A model generated the notes under the pieces. That model ran no database searches. It had not been told where the DNA came from and was given only the letters and a program-made list of their open reading frames with translations. Below are positions 1-11,201 of a stretch of DNA of 64,000 bases, piece after piece. The DNA is from an uncultured Chloroflexia bacterium. GTDB lineage: Bacteria > Chloroflexota > Anaerolineae > Anaerolineales > E44-bin32. The stretch spans positions 22,209-86,208 of the forward strand of contig CAVZPO010000027.1 in assembly GCA_963777165.1 (NCBI GenBank), written 5' to 3'. A program made the translations under genes and the position numbers. Every line of letters begins with the position of its first letter. Within the stretch, counting starts at the first letter, position 1.

Positions 1-770
1 GTAGGTGAAGAAGATGAATGCTCAGGAACTTGGCATTGGGATTGACATACGTGGCACCCATGGCGATCAGCTCGTCAAAGACGGAAAACGAGCCGATCAG
101 GCACATCGTGGTCGCCAGGATGAAGGACGGCCACATCTGCGGAAAATAGATCCGGAAGAGCCGCTGCAAGTAGCCTGCACCATCCACGACGGACGATTCG
201 ATGGTTTCTGCGGGGATGGACAGCAAGCCGGAGAGGAAGATGGCCATGTTGTAGCCGGCGTATCGCCAGCCCACCATGAGTGGCAAGATGAAGGCGGTCC
301 CCGGTGCCGAATAGATGTTGAGGGGCTCCTTGATGATTCCCAGAGCCTCGAGGACAAAGTTGCCCGTCCCGGTCTCCTTGGCGAACATCATCACCGCCAT
401 ATAGCCCACTGCCAGGCCCGAAACCATCAGCGGCAGGTAGACCACGGTGAAGAACCCGCCCCGGAACCCCACCTCGTACATGAGCAAGGCCAGGCTCAGC
501 CCAAAGATGTAGACGGTCGGGTAGTTGAGGATCGACGAACACGACGGTCCGCTGGAGAGCCGGAAGATAGTCCTCCTGGACGGAGCGGTCGGTGAACACC
601 GCCGTGAAGTTCTTGGTTCCGATGTAGTTTATCGTGGGATCGTTGAACTGCGACTTGTCGGTAAAGAGGATCGGGACGGCGATGAACAACGGGACGATCG
701 TCAGCACCACAAAGATCAGCAATTGGGGCAGGATGAATCCCCAGTCGCCCAGGATCTTTCTGCGCTGCAT
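1..770 (-). CDS. Carbohydrate ABC transporter permease (MalF/UgpA type). The 3' end runs off the window and there is one frame break near 525-535.
   Basis: Internal Met of ORF 75..986(-) at 770: MQRRKILGDWGFILPQLLIFVVLTIVPLFIAVPILFTDKSQFND. After ...RTVVFV the protein continues in another frame (own translation: SILNYPTVYIFGLSLALLMYEVGFRGGFFTVVYLPLMVSG...RIYFPQMWPSFILATTMCLIGSF) to position 1. Confidence 0.8.
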
Positions 771-924
771 CTTGCTCAGTTTCCTCTTGGCCGGCTTTGC
801 CGGCAGTTTCGAGTCAAGGATGGCTCGCAGGTGCAGATTGCATGTGATCTCCTCCTGCGAGCGAGTTAGGGCGGCCCACCTTGCGGTGGGCCGCCCTGCT
901 TTCTCATGCAGAAGAATACGAGCA

Positions 925-2397
925 CTACGCGGCCGGAAGACCTTCGTAGCTCTCTTCCCAGTTCTTCTGGGCGATGTCCAACGCACCCTTCACGTCGATC
1001 TTGCCGGTGAACAGATCGGCAAAGACCTGGTTGTTACCGTTGGACTCCCAGTCGAACACGCCCTTGGCGCCCTTCTTGCGGAAGGGGCTGGCCAGGACGT
1101 TGCCCGTCTGTGCCTGCTCCCACTTGGTGTTGGGCCAGGGGCCCGCGGGGTCTTCGATGTACTTGCAGACCGCCAGGAACTGCAGGCCCTTGAGATCGAT
1201 TGGCGTATCCAGCTTGTACAGCGGGAAGCGGCCTTCGGCCTGGGCACGGCAGCGGGATGGCCTCGGGGCTGAAGAACCAGTTCCAGGCCGCCAGGTTCTG
1301 CGGCCAGGTGGGCAGCTTGTCCACGCCAGCACGCATCCACCACTGGTTGTCGATGTTCGGCGGCAACGCGCTCTGCCACCAGGTCTCCATGCCCTCGGCA
1401 GGCGGCGTCGCCGGGATGCCATCCTGTTTGAAGGTGGCGCCGGCGGCCGATGCCTTGTCCCACACCCACGGGCCGTGGAGCATCATCACCGACTTGCCGC
1501 CGATGTAGCTGGCCTCCATGTCGCCTTCCCACAGCCGCTGCGGCATGTTCTCCGGGATCCAGCCCTTGTTCCTTGGCATCCAGGTAGAACTGGTAGTAGT
1601 GGCGGTAGGGCGAATCCTCGGCGTTGAACTTGGCCTTGCCCAGCCAGCAGTCCGCCATGCGCTGGCGGGTGCCATCGGACCAGCCCTGCGGGATGCACTC
1701 GCTGTAGTTGACGCCGAAGATCCAGTTGTGCCAGGCCTGGTTCCAGAACTGCTCAGCCTTGCCTGAACTCTTGACCCAGGCAGTGCCCTCGTCCATCCAC
1801 TTGTACAGGTCGTCCATGGACTTGACGTCTTTCCTGGGATCGAGGCCCGCCTCGGCCATCAGGTCGCCGTTGTACTGCCAGGTCATGACGTAGCCCTGCG
1901 CCCAGTCGAGCGAGCGAGGGCCGGGCAGGTTGAACAGGTCCGACCAGGCGTTCTTGGCGTCGAACGTGAAGCGGTCCCACCACGGGAAGTCGATCTCGCC
2001 CAGGTTGAGCGCCATTTCGTAGTTGTCGTTCTTGAAGAAGATCTGCGTCTCCTGGGTGAGCTCGATGTGGTCCAGGTAGCCACCTGCGATCTTGGCCTCA
2101 AAGGCGGCGGCGGTGTCTTCGTTGATCGAGAACACGTTGATCTTGATCCCCGGGTTCTCGCTTTCAAAGACATTCCAGATCTCCCTGTACGGCCCTTCGT
2201 ACTCGGCCAGCGACATGACGTCCAGCGTCACGGGCGCGCCCGCCGGCGCCGCAGTGGTGGGTGCTACGGCGGTGGCTCCTGCCCGGCGGCGGGGGCGGCG
2301 CTTCGGTGGCCACGCCGCACGCAGCCAGGGTGCTGCCTGCCGCTGCTATGGCGCTGATGCGCAGGAAGTCACGTCGGCTCATATCCTTGGTACGCAT
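925..2397 (-). CDS. Extracellular sugar-binding lipoprotein of the ABC transporter, with a Tat/lipobox signal. It is split over four frames (breaks near 1240, 1570 and 2200).
   Basis: ORFs 2164..2397 (MRTKDMSRRDFLRISAIAAAGSTLAACG), 990..2231 (YEGPYREIWNVFESENPGIKINVFSINEDTAAAFEAKIAGG...), 1034..1675 (WIPENMPQRLWEGDMEASYIGGKSVMMLHGPWVWDKA...) and 925..1422 (...PLYKLDTPIDLKGLQFLAVCKYIEDPAGPWPNTKWEQAQTGNVLASPFRKKG...) join into one family-1 solute-binding protein. Confidence 0.8.
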
Positions 2398-2508
2398 TCA
2401 CTACTCCTCCTGGTTAGAATCGCAGAGCCTTGGTTTCACGCAGACGAACGTCCAGCGTCGGTTCTTGCGCAATAGGCTTCCTGCCTCCTTCCCCCTGAAA
2501 GCCCGGGG

Positions 2509-3927
2509 CTAGCCCATGTGATGGTACAGTTCCCACTTCAGGTAGGTCTCCAGGGCTTCCTCAATGACTGCTGCACATTGGGAACGTACCATTCCCACAT
2601 GGTGTTCAAATCCATTCCGGCAGATGTACTTCAACAGCCCCTGAAGGTTGGGGACCTGGGCGATGGCGATTCCACCGGCCATGTCGAACGGATCGGCGGT
2701 GAACTCCCCTTCGCCCAGATAGGCTTTGATCTTGCCCCGGGGATCGTCGGTCGATACGCGGAAATAGGTCATCGGGCCAGGAGCCACCCTGCCTTTGATG
2801 GCGCCAAAGCTCCTGTCTTTGCCGAGCGATTCCCCCAGCACGTCCAGTTCGGAGATCTCGATCGGGCTGTTGAAGAAGCTCTTGGGATAGTTGCTGCAGT
2901 GGGTGCAGGCGCACTTGTCTCGCTGGTCAGCGTAGTTGTTGTTCCAGTCCAGCAGCGCCGAGGGATTGCCGCTCGCCAACGTGAGGGCATACATCCCGAG
3001 CACGCCCGCCACATCCACCTCGCAGGCGCAGGGCTGCAGCTTTTCCCCGCACATGCTCATGGACAGGCAGACCGCGCAGCCATAGTTCTCCTCGATGGAG
3101 GTCCAGCATTGGACGCCGGCGGCGTCGATGCTGTTGTCGGCCATCCACTTGTCGATCACCACCGAGAGCTTGGCTTGTCGCAGGACAGTCGCATCGGGTA
3201 TATGACCTGCGATCGGAGCATACGCTCGGATCTCCGCCAGCTTGTCGTTCACCTCCGGCGCCCCATCCCGAAGCCTTTGGGCGGCGAAAATGATGTCCGA
3301 CAGGTCGGTGGTGACGACGGTGATGCCCGACCGCTGCAGCAGCTTTTCGCTGACCCGCATCGTCTGGAACGGGCTGGGCCTAGCCCCAATCGCCCCGATC
3401 CGAGCGCTGCGTAGACCACCCACCACGCGGCAGACCCTGGCAAAGAACTCGATGTCCTTGCCGAACACGTCGCTTCCGATGGCGCACGTGTGGTAGGTCG
3501 TATCGGTAAAGGGGATGCCGTACTGGTAGAGGTTGTTGCACACCGACAGCTTGCCGCAGAAAGAGTCGCGCCGGTTGGCCACATCCAGCTTGTCCAGCTC
3601 GTCATCGCTGGCCTGGACCAGGACCGGAACGTCCAGCTTGGACAGCTTCAGGGTGTTGACCACACCCAGCTCATCGCCAAAGTTTGGCAGCGCGACAATC
3701 ACTCCGTCGATGTCCCTTTGGCGATCCTGGAAGAGCGCGGCGCATTTTTGGGCGTCGGCAATCGTCTCGATCGCCCCGTTCGGCGTGGCGTCTTCGGGCA
3801 GGATCACGTACCCGTAGCCCAACGCATCCAGCTTGGCGAGAAGCTGCTTGCGCCCTTCGACTGCCAACTTGGGCGAGAAGAAACCCCGGGTGCCGACAAT
3901 CAGACCGAACGTTGTTTTCTTGTTCAC
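2509..3927 (-). CDS. L-fucose isomerase-family sugar isomerase (FucI/AraA-like)
   Basis: ORF 2509..4119(-). Likely GTG start at 3927 behind GGAGAGAG (VNKKTTFGLIVGTRGFFSPKL...). C-terminal region ...QCWTSIEENYGCAVCLSMSMCGEKLQPCACEVDVAGVLGMYAL...LLDWNNNY... is typical of the family. Intact, 472 aa. Confidence 0.8.
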   Translation of the reverse strand: MNKKTTFGLIVGTRGFFSPKLAVEGRKQLLAKLDALGYGYVILPEDATPNGAIETIADAQKCAALFQDRQRDIDGVIVALPNFGDELGVVNTLKLSKLDVPVLVQASDDELDKLDVANRRDSFCGKLSVCNNLYQYGIPFTDTTYHTCAIGSDVFGKDIEFFARVCRVVGGLRSARIGAIGARPSPFQTMRVSEKLLQRSGITVVTTDLSDIIFAAQRLRDGAPEVNDKLAEIRAYAPIAGHIPDATVLRQAKLSVVIDKWMADNSIDAAGVQCWTSIEENYGCAVCLSMSMCGEKLQPCACEVDVAGVLGMYALTLASGNPSALLDWNNNYADQRDKCACTHCSNYPKSFFNSPIEISELDVLGESLGKDRSFGAIKGRVAPGPMTYFRVSTDDPRGKIKAYLGEGEFTADPFDMAGGIAIAQVPNLQGLLKYICRNGFEHHVGMVRSQCAAVIEEALETYLKWELYHHMG

Positions 3928-3953
3928 CAAGACTCTCTCCTGAATGGAATGTC

Positions 3954-4809
3954 CTACCCTGTCCAGCCGATCACGCGGATGAGCCGCTTGGTCTCGGCGT
4001 AGAAATAGCCGATGGCCCGCGAGACGAGGTGGTGATAGACGATCGTCTCCTGGCTGGCTTCCAGAACCAGGCGCTTGACATCGTCGATCGCACCGAGGCC
4101 CATGGCCGTGTAGTAGCACAACTTGCTGATGCCACTGGCAACAATCTTGGGGTACATCCCGTCCGACAACCCCGAAGCGCCGTGCATCACCAGCGGGACC
4201 TCGACCTTCTCGTGGATCTCGCGTATCCGATCCAGGTCGATCCTGGGCTCTCCCCTGTACACTCCGTGGGCGTTCCCAAAGGAGATGGCCAGGGCATCCA
4301 CGCCGGTCGTGGCAACATACTCCGCGGCCGCCAGGGGATCGGTGAGAGACGCCTTGCCGCCGGCGGTCTGGGGGCTCAATCGCACGGACCCAGCAATGCT
4401 CCCCAACTCGGCCTCCACGCTCACGCCCACGGCATGAGCGATACGCACCACCTCCTTTGTCCTGGCTGCGTTCTCTTCGTAGGGCAGGCCGGAGGCGTCA
4501 AACATCACCGTCGAGAGGCCCAGCCGGATCGCCTGAACAATCGCCTCCAGGCTTTGGCCGTGGTCCAGGATGGTCGCCACCGGCACCCTGGCTCTCTGGG
4601 CGACGTTCACCATCAAGGGCACGGCTATTTCCATGGGTACCTGGGGCGTCACATCCTGGTTAAACGCCAGGATCAGTGGTGCCCTCTCTTCCTCGGCGGC
4701 CAGCACCGTGCCGATCACCATTTCTAGGCTGCCTGCCAGAAGGCTCAGGACTCCATACTCTCTTGCTCCTAGCCTCCCTCAGGATCTCACCCATGCTGAC
4801 GTGCGGCAT
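3954..4809 (-). CDS. Class II ketose-bisphosphate aldolase (FBA/tagatose-bisphosphate aldolase family), with one frame break near 4750
   Basis: ORF 3954..4721(-) has the motifs ILDHGQS, VMFDAS, EAELG, FGNAHG and LVMHGASG. The true N-terminus MPHVSMGEILREARSK starts at 4809 in another frame and joins at ...EYGVLSLLAGSLEMVIG. Confidence 0.85.
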
Positions 4810-4833
4810 GAATGTTTCTCCCGTTCCTTCAGA

Positions 4834-5739
4834 CTAGAGCCGCACGGCGTAGCCGTTAGGGAACTCGGGGCTCAACTGGTATTCCACGATCCGTTCCAGG
4901 AGCTTCAGGTATTCAATCCCGTCCCGGGCAGCGGTGTCGGCATCCGGGATCATGGGCGCGCTCTCGATGGTGCAGTAGCCGTTGTAGCCGATCTTCTTGA
5001 CTGCGCGGAGAACGGCCTTGAAGTCGACGTTGCCGTAGCCCGGCGTCAGCGAGTTCGAGTCGCGGAAGTGCATGTGCCACAGCAACGGGTGGGCATCCAT
5101 GACCGCCTCGTAGGGGTTCAGCTCCTCGAAGTTGGCGTGGAACCAGTCGATCTGAATCCCGATGTTGTCCCGCTCGGTCAGCTCGATCATGCGCTTATGG
5201 TTCAGCACGGTGTTGACGAACTTGCCCATCTCCAGGTGATTCGTGGCCTCAAAGACCAGGCGGACGCCCTTGGCCTTGGCATAGTCGCACATGCGCCGCA
5301 GGGCATCGACTGCCACCGCCGCAGCCTCGGCGACCGTGTCGCGGGTGATGTCCTGGTGAATGGCCACCGCCACCGTGACGAAGGGAGCGCCTAGTTCGCC
5401 GGCGAAATCGATCGAGGCCTTGGTCTCCCGGACCGCCAGGTCGGCCGTCTTGGTCTCGGTCAGCGTCTTGTAGGTTGGGGAGAAGGGATCCCACTCTTCT
5501 CCCCAGCATTCGTTGATGCAAGACACCGCCAGGCCATGGTCCGCCATGAGCTTCTTGTGGGTTTCGAGATAGGGTTCCATCTTGACGCCCAGCCCGTAGC
5601 GTCCCTTGGGAGGCGTGATCTCGATCGCGTCGTAGCCGCAGCGTTTCAGGCGCGCGTAGGTCTTTTCGGGGTGCCGGTAGGCTTCCTCCTGCCCGAAGGT
5701 GAGTTGGAAGTAGCTGAATTTCAGTTTCTCGAACACCAT
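4834..5739 (-). CDS. Sugar-phosphate isomerase/epimerase (xylose-isomerase-like TIM barrel)
   Basis: ORF 4834..5790(-). Met at 5739 is preceded by AGAGGAGA. Sequence: MVFEKLKFSYFQLTFGQ...VRLVFEATNHLE...IQIDWFHANFEE...WHMHFRDSN... Confidence 0.8.
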   Translation of the reverse strand: MVFEKLKFSYFQLTFGQEEAYRHPEKTYARLKRCGYDAIEITPPKGRYGLGVKMEPYLETHKKLMADHGLAVSCINECWGEEWDPFSPTYKTLTETKTADLAVRETKASIDFAGELGAPFVTVAVAIHQDITRDTVAEAAAVAVDALRRMCDYAKAKGVRLVFEATNHLEMGKFVNTVLNHKRMIELTERDNIGIQIDWFHANFEELNPYEAVMDAHPLLWHMHFRDSNSLTPGYGNVDFKAVLRAVKKIGYNGYCTIESAPMIPDADTAARDGIEYLKLLERIVEYQLSPEFPNGYAVRL

Positions 5740-5859
5740 CGGTCTCCTCTTGCCGCCATGATCCTCACGGCACTCTCGCCCTGTGTGCAACGAAGGGTCT
5801 CCTCGCTCATCGAGAGAGATTCCTCGCTTCGCTCAGAGTGACGGATACAAGCTCCCGAA

Positions 5860-7431
5860 TTACCCTCGATCCCGCAGTCGGGCCAGCGCCCGAAAGTCCT
5901 CCTTGACATGCTCGTACAACTGTTTGTAGAGGGCAAAGTAGGCCATGTATTGTTCGTGGCGCTCCTGGTTGGGCTCGACTGGGTCGATGTACTCCGCCCA
6001 CTCCTTGGCCACCGAGAAGCTTGGCAAGACGCCGGTGACGACCCCGGCCAGGATGGCATCGCCGAACGGAGCACCCGTCCGGCGCTTGACCAGGACCGTG
6101 GGCACGTTGAACACGTCGGTGATGATCTGCCGCCACAGCTTGCTCACTGCCCCCCCCTCGTTCAGGACCATGGGGTAGTTGATCTTGAGGCCTGCGGCTT
6201 TGATCAGCCGGTACGAGTCGTATAGGGCGTAGGCCACGGCCTCCATCATGGCCCGGACGATGTGCCCCTTGGTGTGGTTCAGCGACAGGCCAAAGATCAC
6301 CCCCCGAGCGCGCGGATCCCAGATGGGCGAGCGCTCGCCCATGAGATAGGGGAGGATGATCAGGCCATCGCTGCCCAGGGGGACCTTAGCTGCCTGCAGG
6401 TTGAGCAAGTCGTAGGAACTGACGCCCAGGATCCGTTCGGTCTCGATCTCGACCTGGGAAAACTGGTCGCGCAGGTAGCGGATCGATTGGCCGCCTGTCA
6501 TCGTGGAGGGGATCGTCATGTAGGTGTGCGCGGCGTCGATGGTAAAGCTGAGGTTGATCATCGACAGGCCTTCAGGGGAGAACATGAAACTCGGATCCCT
6601 GAAGATCACGCCAAAGTTGCCGACGGTGCCAAGGTTGCTCAGAATGTCCCCTTCAGCGATCGCGCCGGCGGCAATGCAACTGGCGTTAAAGTCCACTTGC
6701 GTCATGACGGGGATGCCCGATACCAGACCCGTTTCGGCGGCGGCCTGGGGGGTCACCTCGCCGACGACCTGCTCAGAGTCCACCAGGTCGGGCAGGATCG
6801 AAGGGTCTAGGTCGATTTCTTTCAGGATGTGCTCATCAAACGTGCGGTTGAGGACGTTGTAGGCCACGCCGAAGAAGGGGCCCGCGCCGTAGCACACCAC
6901 GGTCTTACCGGTGAGCTTCAGGGTGACAAAGCCGTCAATGGTGAGGGCCTTGTGGATTTGCCTGAAGGAGTCAGGCCGGTAATTCCTCTCCCACAGCAGA
7001 TTCACGATGGAAGGGTGGTCTTCCAACCGGTTGGCCGTCACCTGCATGATCCGGGCTTCGCCGACATGCTCCTTCAGCCACTCGACCTCCTTCGTCGCCC
7101 GCCGGTCCATCAGGTTGTAGGCGCGCTGGATCGGGTTGCCGTTCTTGTCCACCATCACCATCGAGGGCAGGGCCGAAGAGACAGCCATGCCGCGGATCTC
7201 GGCCGGGCTGATGCGCGCCTGGGCCAGACAGTCCTTGATCATCCGGCAGGCGGCTTCCCAGTAGCGCATGGGCTCGTGTTCGGACCAGCCCGGTTTCTCG
7301 TGGACAAAGGGATACTCTTCGAAGGCCGAGCCCAGGACACTTCCCTGGGTGTCGATGATGCATGCTTTGGCCCCGCCGGTGCCGTAGTCAAGGCCCAGCA
7401 GGTAGTTTGGCGTCTTCCTTTCTTCAGTCAT
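5860..7431 (-). CDS. FGGY-family carbohydrate kinase (xylulokinase-like)
   Basis: ORF 5860..7431(-), 523 aa, intact. N-terminal [17 protein letters not shown] and a C-terminal FGGY domain. The start overlaps the upstream gene's stop by 8 nt. Confidence 0.9.
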   Translation of the reverse strand: MTEERKTPNYLLGLDYGTGGAKACIIDTQGSVLGSAFEEYPFVHEKPGWSEHEPMRYWEAACRMIKDCLAQARISPAEIRGMAVSSALPSMVMVDKNGNPIQRAYNLMDRRATKEVEWLKEHVGEARIMQVTANRLEDHPSIVNLLWERNYRPDSFRQIHKALTIDGFVTLKLTGKTVVCYGAGPFFGVAYNVLNRTFDEHILKEIDLDPSILPDLVDSEQVVGEVTPQAAAETGLVSGIPVMTQVDFNASCIAAGAIAEGDILSNLGTVGNFGVIFRDPSFMFSPEGLSMINLSFTIDAAHTYMTIPSTMTGGQSIRYLRDQFSQVEIETERILGVSSYDLLNLQAAKVPLGSDGLIILPYLMGERSPIWDPRARGVIFGLSLNHTKGHIVRAMMEAVAYALYDSYRLIKAAGLKINYPMVLNEGGAVSKLWRQIITDVFNVPTVLVKRRTGAPFGDAILAGVVTGVLPSFSVAKEWAEYIDPVEPNQERHEQYMAYFALYKQLYEHVKEDFRALARLRDRG

Positions 7432-9014
7432 CCTTCAACCTCTCTGACAGTTTCCCGCCCACGGCCCCGCTGGGGTGGGTCATCCCGAACTGCTCACGGG
7501 AGTACCCCCGCAGCTCGAGCAACAGGACACACAGGGCATCTTCGGCAGCGCCGTTTACCAGGGAACTGCCGATGGCGATCATCCCATACGGGTCCACATC
7601 GTCGGCAGCCTGAATGTGGTAGACAGCGTCACTCATCTGAGCCAGCGGTGACGCGGGGTTCTCGGTCTGGGCGATGATCTTGGCACCCCGTTCACGCGCA
7701 ATCTGGGCAAACTGGTTGATCTCGGCGCTGACGCCGCCTTTCGAGATGACAAACACGACATCGTCCATCGTGATCGCCCCAGCACCTCCGTGCAGGCTAT
7801 CGGCGGCGTTGATGCAGAGGGCCGGCGTGCCGACACAAGAAAGCAGGTGGGCAAAGCGTTGAGCCACTGCGTGGGAAGTGCCCGCTCCAGCCACGAGAAC
7901 GTGCCCTCTGCAATGCAGAAGCAGATCCACAACCTGGGGAAGGTCGGCATCGAACTGGTCGGCCAACGCGCTCACCGCGCGCGCTTCTCGCTGGACCACC
8001 TGTCTGGCCCTGGCAATCATGTCCACGGCTGAGCTATCCGTGCTGTTCAAGCCCTGGTGGGCCTCGGCGAGCAGCCATTGAGCTGTCGCATGGTCGGTGA
8101 TCAGTACATCCAGGATCTCGCCGCGCAATGCAGCTTGGATCACCGAGTGTTTGGCCGTCCCCCCAGCCACGCCGATGACACGCGGAATGTTCTTGAACTG
8201 CTCGAGGGTCACCCCAATCATCCGCTCGTTGATCTCCAGGTCAACCGGACTGCCCCTGGCGTCCATGTATCGCAGGCGCAAGATCCCCCACGGCGCCCGC
8301 CTGCTCTAGCAGCTTGAGGTCCTGCTCGCGCAGGATCGTACCGGAGCGCATCACCACCGAGCCAGGAGATGGCACACCAACGCCGACGAGGGCCAGATCT
8401 GCTCTGGCGGCCAACGCTAGCGTCTCTGAGACTTGGTTGTCTGATCGAAGGGTCTGGGCCGCTTCACGGGTGGAGACGATACCCGGTGCCGGGAGCAAAC
8501 GGAGCTTGGCGCTTAGGCGCTGAGCTGCTCGCCGGGTCAGTTCAGTTGCATGCTCCTGAGCGTCCAACGGCCCGAGCCCGCCCAGCATCTGCACGATCGT
8601 GACATCGGGCCAGAACCGAGCCGGGAGGGAATCCACTACAGCCAGGAGGGAGGTACCCCAGGTCAGGCCGACTGTCTGCCGGCCCGAGACGGAGCGCACA
8701 AGGCACTCCGCTCCCGCCGGGCCCAATTCGCGGGCGACGAGGCCTAGGTCGTCCGGGTCACTGACTGGGACGACGACCGCCTCCTGAAGGCCGTACCGTT
8801 GTTCCAGCTCACGTTCGACATCGGAGAGGCCGCTGGCCGGCGGGATGAGCGAGATCGTGACGATCTCTTCGGCGCGGGCCTTGTGGAGCATGCGAGAGAC
8901 CTTTGGCCGGGATAGGCCAAAGCGGCGGGCGATGCTCGCCTGGGTCAAGCCATCAGAATAGTAGGCTTGGGCTATTCGATACATGAGCCGGTGTTCATCT
9001 TGTCCAATGGACAC
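7424..9014 (-). CDS. SorC-family sugar-binding transcriptional regulator continuous with a C-terminal SIS (KpsF/GutQ-like) domain. There is one frame break at the C5 run 8285-8289.
   Basis: ORF 8241..9014: [27 protein letters not shown] plus a SorC sugar-binding domain. ORF 7424..8281 continues ...[20 protein letters not shown]...[11 protein letters not shown], then the SIS domain [22 protein letters not shown]...[13 protein letters not shown]...[11 protein letters not shown], with no stop between the domains. Confidence 0.75.
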
Positions 9015-9037
9015 GCCGCCCTCATTTCGAGCAAGCG

Positions 9038-9066
9038 TTCAGTACTGAATGGATGTTCATATTCTA
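9038..9066 (-). promoter_or_regulatory. Candidate promoter -10 (TGgTAGAAT on the minus strand, 9061-9069) followed by the perfect 12-bp palindrome TTCAGTACTGAA (9038-9049) upstream of the SorC-SIS gene
   Basis: Read directly. The palindrome lies about +5..+16 relative to the predicted -10, as expected for an autoregulatory operator. Confidence 0.4.
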
Positions 9067-9557
9067 CCACGAAACGAATCACTGATCGAACCCTTCCCGT
9101 CAAAGACGGCTTGTGAATCGTTTGCACAAACGCTAGGCGATCATACGTGCGAGTCTGTAAGTCGCAGGCCCAGAGGACATTCCGTCACCGCCCTTCCCTT
9201 TTGCTTCCGGCACCAGTGAACGACGCCCACAATCTTGGCCGATCTCGTTCGTGAGGAAGTAGAGCTTTCACACCCATCTCTCTTCGCCTCGACCAGGGGA
9301 GCCCTGACGCCAGGCACCAGGCGCCCACGATGCTCGGCGTGATTGGCGCTCCCTCCGCGGTTCGCCTGGATCCAGAGCACTTCGGTCTACTCCCGTGCGG
9401 CCGTGGCCGGCTCGGCGTCTACGCCCTTGTTGTCCCAGCGCCGGAATCCGACGGCGTCGCAGCCGACCTGTGCGCCCATCTGGCTCTGATCCAGGAACGA
9501 CCGCTCTGCGCCCGGCCCTCTCGACGCAGGTTGAGGCTCTCATCACCTGAGGCGCCC

Positions 9558-10624
9558 TCAGGCGATCGCCGATTTCACTAGCTTGACAGCGAACTCCAAA
9601 TCCTCTCGAGCCATTTCCCCGTTCGTCCTCGGTTCGCGATCGTGACGGACGCAGTCATAGAAGTGCCGCCACTCGCGCTTGAACGCCTCGTCATAGGAGG
9701 TCAGAATACGCTTCCGCACCGCCGACGATCCTTCGTTCATCTCGACGATGATTTCAGTCGCCGCGTTCTTCAAGTAGGGAAACGGGAAATCTGATCTCAA
9801 CACGGCGGTCGGCACCCCACACTTTGATGTGTTCGTCCCACTCCACGAGGTCCACGAGATTGCCCGTCTCCCACATGCAACGCACGCCGTCCTCGTATTC
9901 CAGGAGCGCCGTGACAATCGTGCCATCGATACAGCCGGGCGCCGACAATCCTGTCCGGCAGGCCGCGCAATCCATGCAACGCGTTGATGTCGTGAATGGC
10001 CAGGTGGATCATGATGTCATGCGCCTCGAGCAGGTCGCTGCGATCTGACCCAAGATCCTCGAGCATATCCCGCTGGTCCTGCTTGGAGCTTTCAGCCAGC
10101 TTTCCGCGCTCCTCGTCCGGGGCGACCACGAGGTCGTAGATCTCGAAGTTGATCTTGTACGATCCGGCGAAATCGTGGACGCGGATCAGGTGAATCTTTC
10201 CCATTCCGGCGACCTGTTCCTGCGCCCATTGAAACGCCGGATCGTAGTGTTTCATGTACCCGACCATCAGCTTGACCCGGTTCCGCAGGGCCGCGGCGAT
10301 CATCTCGTCGGCCTGCGCCAGGTTGAAAGCGATGGGTTTCTCGACCAGGACATGCTTCCCCGCCTCCATCGCCGCGATGGCCGGCCCGGCATGGTTCTTG
10401 TTGGTCACCAGGACGGCGTCCAGGTCCTGTTGCTTCACCAACTCACTGAATTGTTGATACCGGCGCCTGACACCGAATCGTTCGCCCACCGCGTCGACCA
10501 CGGTCGGCGAGACGTCGCACACCGCCCCGATCTCGAACATGGGAAGTTCTTGCAGGTAGGGCAGGTGCGCGATCTGGGCGATCTGGCCACAACCGATCAC
10601 GCCGACCTTCAGCCTTGCGTCCAT
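9558..10624 (-). CDS. Gfo/Idh/MocA-family NAD(P)-dependent oxidoreductase, split over three frames (breaks near 9960 and 9810)
   Basis: ORF 9797..10726 from Met at 10624: MDARLKVGVIGCGQIAQIAHLPYL...KHVLVEKPIA... It continues in ORF 9754..9975 (...GTIVTALLEYEDGVRCMWETGNLVDLVEWDEHIKVWG) and ORF 9558..9926 (...FPFPYLKNAATEIIVEMNEG...FKREWRHFYDCV...). Confidence 0.75.
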
Positions 10625-10802
10625 GAGGTCCTCTTTCTCTTGCGGCCCCGGCTGGCACCTCACCGCCGGCGATCGCGCATCCGGCTCAGTCCTAAGCCTG
10701 TGCGCAGCGATTCCGAAGCGCGCCAATCATCACTGCAAGGACGTCGATGGAGCCATCCGATCCGAATTCAGCCACCTCAGACTCGTGTCCGCAATCCGGC
10801 TT

Positions 10803-11200
10803 CTAGAAGACGACGCCTGACACAAGAACGACATTGGCAAACGGCGTGAACTCCCCCGTCCGGACGACGGCCACGGCAGTCAGCGCTGAGCTTCTTCAGC
10901 TCAGCGTGCGGAATGTGGTCGACCTCGGCTCCATCGAATACCTCAAGCAGGGCTCTGGTAGACATGGGGACAGGCGGCCTTCATCTCCTCGGCGACTATG
11001 ATCTTCTCGACGTTGAGCTCCACTGCGATTGCCTTGACCGTCTCGAGAAACCCGGGCACACCCCGCGTCACGGCAAGGTCGATCCTGCAGGTGGCGCCCG
11101 GAATGGGCAGACCGGCGTCGCAAACCACCAGCATGTCGGTGTGCCCCATGGAAGCAATTGCCATCGAGAGATCCTTGTTCAGGATGCCAGCCTTCTTCAC
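10803..11200 (-). CDS. rbsD: D-ribose pyranase RbsD, with two frame breaks (near 10955 and 10875)
   Basis: ORF 10943..11200: MKKAGILNKDLSMAIASMGHTDMLVVCDAGLPIP...RIDLAV. It continues in ORF 10777..10965 (ALLEVFDGAEVDHIPHAELKKLSAD) and a third frame (own translation AVAVVRTGEFTPFANVVLVSGVVF*), with the stop at 10803-10805. Confidence 0.75.
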
Positions 11201-11201
11201 G

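Noticed and set aside
9141-9557. Possible remnant of a TIM-barrel sugar isomerase on the minus strand (own translation fragment ...SFLDQSQMGAQVGCDAVGFRRWDNKGVDAE...).
   Set aside because: The match is only a short, weak resemblance, with stops in every frame and no start or RBS. This is insufficient to call a pseudogene.
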